Shown: positions 6,173-13,553 of the stretch, in pieces
Layout of the letters: every line of letters starts with the position of its first letter
How positions within the stretch are numbered: the stretch's first letter is position 1
Virus record (IMG/VR): IMGVR_UViG_3300016467_000254
Location: 1 to 27,673 of that record
From: a virus
Taxonomy: Duplodnaviria > Caudoviricetes
Reading direction: 5' to 3' (one strand)
Length of the DNA: 27,673 bases
Program-made: the position numbers and the translations under genes
The notes under the pieces: generated by a model
What the model saw: only the letters and a program-made list of their open reading frames with translations
Told to the model about the DNA's origin: nothing
The model's database searches: none

Positions 6173-6194
6173 TGTGTGTAGTTTTATTGTGATT

Positions 6195-6224
6195 CAAAGT
6201 TAATAATTTTTATATCACTACAAA
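6195..6224 (-). promoter_or_regulatory. Early promoter, Bacteroidota consensus
   Basis: TTTG (6221-6224)-N18-TAACTTTG (6195-6202). Confidence 0.75.
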
Positions 6225-6248
6225 ATTAATTTTACCCATTTATAAAAA

Positions 6249-6266
6249 ACTACTAATGTTAGTAGT
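6249..6266. promoter_or_regulatory. Palindromic operator candidate
   Basis: ACTACTAA-TG-TTAGTAGT, a perfect 8-2-8 dyad upstream of the promoter. Confidence 0.5.
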
Positions 6267-6268
6267 AT

Positions 6269-6303
6269 AAACAAAACACCCCACCTGTAGAAACAGGCAG
6301 GGT
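6269..6303 (-). terminator. Intrinsic terminator ending the late/lysis operon
   Basis: ACCCTGCCTGT-TTCT-ACAGGTGGGGT (11 bp, 2 G-U) followed by GTTTTGTTT. Confidence 0.75.
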
Positions 6304-6365
6304 AAACGACTGCTTACATGAGAAAAAAAACAACGAAAAAACCGATTCGTCAGTCGTGATCCATG

Positions 6366-6878
6366 CTATCCTTCATTCAAACTTATTTCGCCCTTTTCAG
6401 GTAGTACTATCTTTCGCACATTCCAAGGAGTCACGCTGTACGCTGGCCGACGTGGTTTGTACAGTCTTGTTTTATCTATCCGTACAATAGAAACGGAATT
6501 GCCTTGGTTACCACCCAACACATGGTAAAAGTACTTATCCTCACCAACATACAGCCCTACATGACCACCTCCATTGCGTTTGAAGGTCAACACATCACCA
6601 AGCATTGGCTCGACAACAGGAACTCCCCAGTCCGCCCAACTTAACGCCCAGAGCGGGTTCTTTGCAGGGATTCGTTCAGCTCGCTTCATGATCACTGCCA
6701 TGAACAAACCACACCAAGGTATCTCGTCGGCATTGTAGGCAGTGAGGCTCAACTCTTGCGCCCATCCCATTATCACCGGGTTGTGCTTAGTGCCAGCTAT
6801 TTCTTTAACGCCTATTAGCTCAATAGCTTTGAGCAAGTGGCGTGGAGCTTGTTCTAAATTGAGCCAGTCGTAATTCAT
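6366..6878 (-). CDS. Endolysin, NlpC/P60-CHAP-like peptidase (TIGR02594-type); start revised to ATG 6878
   Basis: GVKEI.G..HNP.I, DEIPWCGLF (catalytic Cys), GGGHVGLY (His) and VLGGNQGNSV; located at the end of the lysis cassette. Confidence 0.88.
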   Translation of the reverse strand: MNYDWLNLEQAPRHLLKAIELIGVKEIAGTKHNPVIMGWAQELSLTAYNADEIPWCGLFMAVIMKRAERIPAKNPLWALSWADWGVPVVEPMLGDVLTFKRNGGGHVGLYVGEDKYFYHVLGGNQGNSVSIVRIDKTRLYKPRRPAYSVTPWNVRKIVLPEKGEISLNEG

Positions 6879-7186
6879 TTGAAAATATGGTTGTAAAATG
6901 TGTTGAAGGTAATATTCCAAACTATGCCGATGTAAATAAACGGCATCCATCCATGGCCGTTATACACCACCACTGCACCGGCCAGCGAAAGGATCATGCA
7001 GGACTTTGCCAAGTGCCAGGCATCAACAGGGTAAGAGCCTATCCGTGTGCAATACTTCCAGCTTTCGCGTTTATACCAAAAGCGCGCATTCCAATGCCTG
7101 AACCTGGAGGAATAATAACGCTCATGCTCGATGGTATCCATGAAAGCATTGAAGATGGCAGCGATGGCAATCAATAAGTAGCTCAT
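6875..7186 (-). CDS. Membrane protein in lysis cassette; start revised to ATG 7186
   Basis: Three hydrophobic segments and a DAWHLAK motif; ATGA overlaps at both ends. Confidence 0.7.
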   Translation of the reverse strand: MSYLLIAIAAIFNAFMDTIEHERYYSSRFRHWNARFWYKRESWKYCTRIGSYPVDAWHLAKSCMILSLAGAVVVYNGHGWMPFIYIGIVWNITFNTFYNHIFK

Positions 7187-7377
7187 TTCGGCTTGTTTCC
7201 AAAAATGAACATTGAAACCAAACAACCTACGCCTACAATAAATAGCCCTATCGCCCAACCTTCGAGCATTCGGCCGAGGTTGCCGTCGGAAGTGTTTTCG
7301 CTCCATCCGTACAAAATAGCGGCAATAACAGCTAAAGTTATGCCAATAACAAAGGCAGCAAATTCGTTGTATTTCAT
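7183..7377 (-). CDS. Small two-TM membrane protein
   Basis: 64 aa with two hydrophobic helices. Confidence 0.7.
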   Translation of the reverse strand: MKYNEFAAFVIGITLAVIAAILYGWSENTSDGNLGRMLEGWAIGLFIVGVGCLVSMFIFGNKPK

Positions 7378-7811
7378 ATCAATCGTTTAATAATAAAATA
7401 AATCGCTCCGCACAAGGCAAGGATTAAAAACCACTTCCGCCAGCGGTTGCGTGATTCCGTCACGTTATCAAGTTCACGTTGTACAATAGCCAGCTTGCCG
7501 TTTATTGACACTATTCGAGCGCTATCGACTATCGTTGTGGTTATTGTAGTGGTAGTGGAAATGCAGGGCTTTATTTTAGCTTTAATTACCTTGTAAAGTG
7601 TGTCGTGCGTTTCGATGTACATACTATCGATTAAAGCTATTAGCTCCGTGTTAATAGTCGTGTCATGTACATAGCTTGTATCATGTGTTATAATGGGAGG
7701 AAACTTATCCGCGCAATAAGTCGCAGCGTCCACCGGATGCGCATCAAGCCATTTAGTCACCTTGTTTTGAGTTGTGCAGGATGCAAGTAATATGATGAAC
7801 AGATATTTCAT
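7374..7811 (-). CDS. Putative unimolecular spanin
   Basis: Lipoprotein signal MKYLFIILLAS-C, Thr-rich linker, and C-terminal TM helix flanked by basic residues. Confidence 0.7.
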   Translation of the reverse strand: MKYLFIILLASCTTQNKVTKWLDAHPVDAATYCADKFPPIITHDTSYVHDTTINTELIALIDSMYIETHDTLYKVIKAKIKPCISTTTTITTTIVDSARIVSINGKLAIVQRELDNVTESRNRWRKWFLILALCGAIYFIIKRLI

Positions 7812-8020
7812 TTCTTAAAGAGGTTTGTAACCTGCTCACCGAACACCGTACCGCTTACCCAAATAAGCATATAAAAGAGCTGATCTCCAATAGTTGGACT
7901 GAGAGCCTTGCCAGTGGTTAGGTTAGTAATGCAATGGGCAATAAACATGGCAAGCAGGATAAACATTACCACTCGCTTGCTGGAGAGTGAGCCGTTGATG
8001 TCGGTAAGGACTTGTTTCAT
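7808..8020 (-). CDS. Putative holin
   Basis: 70 aa, two TM helices, G.LSSKRV motif, basic C-terminus. Confidence 0.7.
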   Translation of the reverse strand: MKQVLTDINGSLSSKRVVMFILLAMFIAHCITNLTTGKALSPTIGDQLFYMLIWVSGTVFGEQVTNLFKK

Positions 8021-8244
8021 TTATCTTGTTTTTTTTCCAAGGCAATCATAACCTTTTCAAGTTTAGCGTAAATGTTATCAATTTTCTCTTCGATGCGGTT
8101 ATCCTGGCTCTCAACGTGAGCGATAGATTTTTCAAGTGAAATCATTCTAATTTCAATCTCTTTAATCTTTGTTTGAGTGTTCACCCAAACGCCAACAAGA
8201 CCTCCTAACATTCCTAATACTGCCAACACTTGCGACATTTCCAT
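8017..8244 (-). CDS. Holin/antiholin-like protein (one TM plus coiled coil)
   Basis: N-terminal TM, heptad-rich tail ending KQDK. Confidence 0.6.
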   Translation of the reverse strand: MEMSQVLAVLGMLGGLVGVWVNTQTKIKEIEIRMISLEKSIAHVESQDNRIEEKIDNIYAKLEKVMIALEKKQDK

Positions 8245-8631
8245 CTATATTCCTATTAGTTTGTAAAAAATCGGATAATATTCATCCGTTTCAACTTGCT
8301 CAACCAATTCAACGATATTCGCTTCACCCCAAAATGGTTTAACATCAATCTCTTTCTCAGCCTCAAGCATCTCCGTTAGTTCCTTATTAAACTCCAAAAT
8401 ATTCTCAGGCTTCAACACAATGTTTTGGTCTTTTTCTTCACCGTACTTCTTGTAAAGCTCCAACCTTTGCTCCTCATATGTCTTATTTTCCTCGGCCGTC
8501 ATTTTGCTGATTCGGTGCAGGAATATCTTTAATTTCATCGGCATTTTTTGCGCCAATAGGCCTTTGCTTTGTTTTTGGATGCCGTTCAATTCGTAGTGAA
8601 GAGCGACCAGCTCATGTAATTTTAAATTCAT
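8245..8631 (-). CDS. Hypothetical protein (helical, typical downstream of tail fibres)
   Basis: 128 aa with R..L.KKYG motif and an A-rich leader. Confidence 0.75.
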   Translation of the reverse strand: MNLKLHELVALHYELNGIQKQSKGLLAQKMPMKLKIFLHRISKMTAEENKTYEEQRLELYKKYGEEKDQNIVLKPENILEFNKELTEMLEAEKEIDVKPFWGEANIVELVEQVETDEYYPIFYKLIGI

Positions 8632-8693
8632 TGTCGTTTGTTTATATAAAATTAAAGTTTTCCAACGTTAGCGAAAACGTTTTTTCACGCTCG

Positions 8694-9038
8694 TTACCAC
8701 GTTTTTTTCTTATCGTGAAATGCTTCTTCAAAATGCCCTGTGTCTATTTTCTCAATTAGCCAATAAAGGCACTTTCCCGCTGTTGTTAGCCGATGGCGAT
8801 TTTGATACATGACGCTTGAAATTGTTTCGTCCGGATTACCGAATACCTCATCTTTTACAATTAGGCGGTTAAACATATAAGCGCAAACCACGTTCCCCAT
8901 TTGGTCAATGCTGTAAGCGATAACGTACAAGTAAATAAATACTCGCTTGGACTTAATGCAAGTCCAAATGAAGCCGATGGGGAACAATACCACGGCTAAG
9001 GCTAAGCTAACAACAAGCAAGAAAATGTTAAGCAACAA
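8694..9038 (-). CDS. Conserved phage membrane protein (GNPDETISS family); probable TTG start
   Basis: N-terminal TM, IDQMGN and FGNPDETISS motifs; exact start uncertain. Confidence 0.7.
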   Translation of the reverse strand: MLLNIFLLVVSLALAVVLFPIGFIWTCIKSKRVFIYLYVIAYSIDQMGNVVCAYMFNRLIVKDEVFGNPDETISSVMYQNRHRLTTAGKCLYWLIEKIDTGHFEEAFHDKKKTW

Positions 9039-9408
9039 TCTCTTTACCTGCGGCCACATAGCGAGCGCACTCTTCAAAGTTTGCATTTCTAATAGCGGTT
9101 ACGTTATCTGCTAATTGAATCCATTCAGGGTCACCTGACTGAACACCTGCTGTTATCTGCGGTGTCAATAAGTCCATCATTTCGGTGTTGGGACGGTTGT
9201 AAACGCCTTCGGGTTGCCTTGACAATTGGTTGAAGATATCTGTAAATTTCTGCACTTCTACCGACACATCGCAAAGGTCTGTATCTGCTTTGCCTGTGGT
9301 TGCTACTTTGATGGCATTTACAAGGTCGAAATTTGCCTGTAAAACTTGACTACCTAATAAGTTTGTTATGAGGTAGAAGTGTCCTGCTTGAAGTTGTATT
9401 GTTACCAT
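9028..9408 (-). CDS. Hypothetical protein downstream of tail fibre
   Basis: 126 aa, starts 1 nt after the fibre stop. Confidence 0.75.
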   Translation of the reverse strand: MVTIQLQAGHFYLITNLLGSQVLQANFDLVNAIKVATTGKADTDLCDVSVEVQKFTDIFNQLSRQPEGVYNRPNTEMMDLLTPQITAGVQSGDPEWIQLADNVTAIRNANFEECARYVAAGKEIVA

Positions 9409-9409
9409 A

Positions 9410-12394
9410 TTATACGATATTTATTATTCCTAAATTGTTCCACAAATCACCAGCGGAAAGACCAGCGGATGATGTTGGGAGTCCTGATAATCTAACTTGA
9501 CCTGTTGCTCTCATAGTACCTTGCACGTCTAAACGATAGCCTCCGTCGGTAAAGGTGCCACCGTTTTGGATAATTACATTTCCACTACTTTCATAAATTT
9601 TCATTCGTTCAATATTGGTTGTAACAATTCCAACCCCTGATGAATAGTAAAAACCAGATTGATTATTTGCGGAAAAGCTAATTCCTGGATTTGTTGGGCC
9701 TGAATTGCCTACCCTTATTCTTGTTGGGTAAAAATCACCGCTTGAATTTAAATATCCAATTAAAGTATTTCCTGCATACCATCTTTGTAAATCTGAACCA
9801 CCTCCTCCTGTTAATGACCTTACAACTAAAGTCGGTATATCTGTAATTCCTTGGATAAAATGATTTGCAGACACAAAAGGAGTATTAGTACCTAATGAAG
9901 TAGTACCAATTACAGATAATCCATAACCAGGACTACTCGTCCCAATCCCAAGCCTATTATTGGTATCATCCCAATACATCGCACTTGCAGCGGTAGAGCC
10001 GACACGCATGGAGCCAATGACTTGAAGGCGTTGGCCTCCGTCGGTGAATGTGCCTCCGTTTTGGATTAAAACGTTACCAGTGTTACCAAATACACGAAAT
10101 CTTTCTGTTTGTGAAGTTGTTGATGTAATTCTAAAGTGAGCGTTTGCATTATTATTATATAAAATAACATTGAAACCATTTGCAGCACCCGATGTAAAAC
10201 TTACTAAATTTCTTTGGGTAGCACCTACCCAACTTGATCCAAATATTTCTAAAGCTCCATATTCAGAAACTTCATTTCTTACTAATAAACCTGCTTCACC
10301 GGTGCTACTTGTATTTGTAGCTCTGATAAATACTGTACCACTTGAACCTACTGATTTACTTACATCTATATCAACCCCTGGACTACTCGGCCCAATCCCC
10401 AGCCTTGCATTAGTATTATCCCAAAACAAATTACTACTCCCCGTAACCGCACTTGTTCCGCTCCAATAGGTCACCTGTCCAGCTGTGCCGCTGCCTGTTA
10501 CTCCTGCGGCACTTGTGATAACATTACCGCTGCTGTCGAAGCCTAACAAGCCTGCGACCGTGCCTGTGAAGACGGATGTGGAGGTGTAGCCGTTTAATTT
10601 AAGCTGACCAGTACCATCTACTTCAAGCCTATTGCTCAACGTTTGCAACGTAGTGCCTGTTGTTGTTGCTGTGGATGTTTGAACAATGAATTTACCGGGA
10701 GTTCCTGTGCCTCTACCTTGTCCACCTGCTAAAATTAAATTTGAGCCATAGCCATCAGTTACTTGTCCGCTTGCTGGTTGAATCGTAAAGTTCCATTGTG
10801 AAGTTGCTGTACCTCCAGCATTGTAATAACGTGATGGCCCAAGTATCATTCTTGTAGGGCCTTGTCCACCGTTATATGTACCACCAAGAAAAATACCTTG
10901 TTCATCTAACCCATAGGTACTTGTATAATCAACTAAAGGAGCTGATACAAGTAACATTATTTGTGAAGTGCTTAAACTTGAAGGCACGCCTCCAGGAACT
11001 ATAGCAATACCACCTGTTGAACTACCCCCTATTTTTCCATTGAATCCAATAGTATTTGTAAAAGTGGCTGTCCCTGAAAATTGCAAAGCTCCAGCATTTG
11101 TAAGTGTTGCAATAGCTGTACCAGCTTGGTTTGAAATTGTTAGAAATGTACCACCGCCTCCTATATTTGATTGTATTAAATGCTGCCCTATCGCACGAAC
11201 ACTCCCATTCACATCCAACTTATAAGTAGCAGAACTTGCAGGATCCGAAGTGTAGCCTATTACCGTATTTCCCCCACCTGTATTAAGTAGATTATTCCCT
11301 ACTGTAGTCTGTAACGCATTTTGAAACGTCTTAACGCCTGTGATATTCTCAGAGCCTGCTAAGTGTACGACGAGGCTATCATTCGCAGCTGTGTAGCCTA
11401 ATATCGTTGAAATGGATTTGTTTTTCCAAAGTGTTGTGCTACTCTCATAAACCAACACATCGTTATTGGCAACGGATGAAATAGCAACATCATGAATCTC
11501 ATTTAATTCGTAACCATTCTGAATTCGATACACTATAGTGCCAAGTGTTGGTGAAGTGCGCACTACCTTTCCAACATATACGATGTGATTTGGCGCGGAT
11601 GGCTTAACGTTAGTAACATATCCAGCGGTGTTTGGATCTAAGTAAATAGTATCACCATCCGCAAGTGTTACGGATGTAAATGGATTAGTAGCCGTTGTCC
11701 GAGTATCAAGGTCTGCAATTGTGCCAATAGTAGCAACGTACCCGTCGCTATTATTCGCAATATCCGAAACAACAACGCCAAACGTACCTGCACTTGTAGC
11801 CTCGCTGTTAGCTTGAGCCTTTACGAAATTTGGACGGTTGCCAGTACTTCCGCTGATGTATACAATAGTTCCTTTATACAACGTTACACCTGTGCTATTT
11901 CGTCCAATGGTTTGCATTTTTTCAGCCGCATCAACCACCCCATTTCCATCAGTATCATATACCGCGCGGTTCATGTAGGTGGTGCTGTCTACGCTTCCGT
12001 CAGCCTTTAGAAACTCCGTTGCAAGGCCTCCAGCTCTGATGATATTGGTGGCCGTTATGTTGTAAGCTCCCAAGTTTACGGATGCAGTTGCTCCTGTGTA
12101 AGGCACCAAACTATTTACATAAGCCGCACTTACGGTGTTGAATACATACTTTGTACCAGCCGAAAACGATACCGCTGCACCTCCATTGCTTGACGCTTCA
12201 ATAGTGGTGCGGGTAAGTACTCCACTTGTCACGGTTCCCTCTCCAACTTCCCATTCGCTTTCCGTTTCATTAACAATGCAATATTTATAAGTGCCATTAG
12301 TGAACACCTTGTACCCAAGTACAGCACCGCCAAGTGTAAAGGTGCCTGTGCCGGTAGAGGTGCTGGTTTCTTTTATTCTATCTAAGAATGTCAT
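9410..12394 (-). CDS. Tail fibre / receptor-binding protein
   Basis: 994 aa, G/T/S-rich; DRIKETSTSTGTG N-terminus, VH..G.E.ITG.KTF motif, and repeated WD..N.RLGIG and QNGGTFTDGG.RL.V modules. Confidence 0.85.
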   Translation of the reverse strand: MTFLDRIKETSTSTGTGTFTLGGAVLGYKVFTNGTYKYCIVNETESEWEVGEGTVTSGVLTRTTIEASSNGGAAVSFSAGTKYVFNTVSAAYVNSLVPYTGATASVNLGAYNITATNIIRAGGLATEFLKADGSVDSTTYMNRAVYDTDGNGVVDAAEKMQTIGRNSTGVTLYKGTIVYISGSTGNRPNFVKAQANSEATSAGTFGVVVSDIANNSDGYVATIGTIADLDTRTTATNPFTSVTLADGDTIYLDPNTAGYVTNVKPSAPNHIVYVGKVVRTSPTLGTIVYRIQNGYELNEIHDVAISSVANNDVLVYESSTTLWKNKSISTILGYTAANDSLVVHLAGSENITGVKTFQNALQTTVGNNLLNTGGGNTVIGYTSDPASSATYKLDVNGSVRAIGQHLIQSNIGGGGTFLTISNQAGTAIATLTNAGALQFSGTATFTNTIGFNGKIGGSSTGGIAIVPGGVPSSLSTSQIMLLVSAPLVDYTSTYGLDEQGIFLGGTYNGGQGPTRMILGPSRYYNAGGTATSQWNFTIQPASGQVTDGYGSNLILAGGQGRGTGTPGKFIVQTSTATTTGTTLQTLSNRLEVDGTGQLKLNGYTSTSVFTGTVAGLLGFDSSGNVITSAAGVTGSGTAGQVTYWSGTSAVTGSSNLFWDNTNARLGIGPSSPGVDIDVSKSVGSSGTVFIRATNTSSTGEAGLLVRNEVSEYGALEIFGSSWVGATQRNLVSFTSGAANGFNVILYNNNANAHFRITSTTSQTERFRVFGNTGNVLIQNGGTFTDGGQRLQVIGSMRVGSTAASAMYWDDTNNRLGIGTSSPGYGLSVIGTTSLGTNTPFVSANHFIQGITDIPTLVVRSLTGGGGSDLQRWYAGNTLIGYLNSSGDFYPTRIRVGNSGPTNPGISFSANNQSGFYYSSGVGIVTTNIERMKIYESSGNVIIQNGGTFTDGGYRLDVQGTMRATGQVRLSGLPTSSAGLSAGDLWNNLGIINIV
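9539..10405. repeat. Two pairs of imperfect direct repeats within the tail fibre
   Basis: 9930-9955 vs 10380-10405 (24/26 identical); 9539-9571 vs 10034-10066 (30/33 identical). Confidence 0.85.
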
Positions 12395-12804
12395 ACAACT
12401 TGTATTAATCCGTTTACCTGATCAAAATCCAAAACAAAGCTTTTGCCATTCAACAGCGTTAAATTACTGCCATAATCCGCCCAGCCTATCAGCAAATCAT
12501 TGTCGCTATTATAAAGCACCGCATATCTGAACGGTCCGATATCACCACCGAATGCCGAAAGCGTCGCATCCGCACAAACCAGCTTGTAAACTCCGCCAGT
12601 TTGCGTACTGCTCACATTTGTAACTGTTATGCCTCCCGTTGCATATCCATTGCCTGGCGTTATTTCTATGATGTCGGCCGTATCAAGGTCCGTAGCCAAT
12701 GGCAACGTATTAGTCAGCATTACCTTTAATACATCGCTTCCGAGGTTATGTAACCCTTCGGCCATTGCCTCCACGAATGAATTAAATTTATTAAACGATG
12801 CCAT
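12391..12804 (-). CDS. Conserved virion/minor tail protein
   Basis: SFNKF..F...HNLGSD.LKV.LTN, GNGY..GG, GPFRYAVLYN and LIGW.DYG motifs of a widespread phage structural family. Confidence 0.75.
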   Translation of the reverse strand: MASFNKFNSFVEAMAEGLHNLGSDVLKVMLTNTLPLATDLDTADIIEITPGNGYATGGITVTNVSSTQTGGVYKLVCADATLSAFGGDIGPFRYAVLYNSDNDLLIGWADYGSNLTLLNGKSFVLDFDQVNGLIQVV

Positions 12805-12856
12805 ATTCGAAATAACTAATTATTTATAATTCCCGCCTCATTTATGCGGATTTATT

Positions 12857-13552
12857 TTAGACTGTTTGGGTCAATGTTACCGCTGTGCTATACATTCCAT
12901 TGGTGCAAATTGGTATTACATAAATTGTGTTACTTCCAGCTGCCAATTGGATTGGAATAACCCCAGTAGTGCCACCCGTCCAATCAGTTACCACCACAGG
13001 CGCACCGTTTATGCTGTAGCCTATGGAATCACAACCGCTGGAGCTTGCTGTTATGTTTATCTGATAATTGTGCGCTGGATCATCCGCCCTCGTGCTAATG
13101 TTAGCCGACAACGTAGCCGTGCAAGGGGTTTTGGTGTCGAAGATGTCAGGCTCACCTGTTCCTGTGATGCGGAAGCTATCAGTAGTAAATCCTTCAGAAG
13201 GCCCGTTAAGTGAGGTAGATTCAATGATACCCGCACCAAATATGGCCTTTACGTTGCTGCTTGAATCTTCAAAGGTAATGCGGAAAAGCACATCATTAAA
13301 CGCTATTTGTTCATTTAGCAAATCAAATGCCACTGCATCGGTTTCATTTAGCTTCATTACGCCATTAAGGGTCACGCTGTAGCCAATGGATTGCGGCCGG
13401 TACCTCTTCCATACTCCATCTCCAACGGTTTTCACGCTCTTGATGTCTGTGGTAAATTCTATTGTGATGTCAGTAGCGCACACAAAATCACGATAGGTCC
13501 CGTTTTTAAAGACCCTCATGATTGCGTTACTGCCAAGTACTGGTTCTGCCAT
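12857..13552 (-). CDS. Second tail-tube-like protein with C-terminal Ig/FN3-like domain; start revised to ATG 13552
   Basis: MAEPVLGS start parallels MATEILGS of the major tail protein; CAT.I.I, YSVTLNG and S.RITGTG tube-fold pattern. Confidence 0.65.
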   Translation of the reverse strand: MAEPVLGSNAIMRVFKNGTYRDFVCATDITIEFTTDIKSVKTVGDGVWKRYRPQSIGYSVTLNGVMKLNETDAVAFDLLNEQIAFNDVLFRITFEDSSSNVKAIFGAGIIESTSLNGPSEGFTTDSFRITGTGEPDIFDTKTPCTATLSANISTRADDPAHNYQINITASSSGCDSIGYSINGAPVVVTDWTGGTTGVIPIQLAAGSNTIYVIPICTNGMYSTAVTLTQTV

Positions 13553-13553
13553 G

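Noticed and set aside
9410-12394. Diversity-generating retroelement target
   Set aside because: No reverse transcriptase in the window; the repeats are short, in-frame and not adenine-specific in their differences.
12805-12856. Terminator or promoter between tail genes (and similar gap 8632-8693)
   Set aside because: Only short imperfect hairpins and partial -7 matches; too weak to call.
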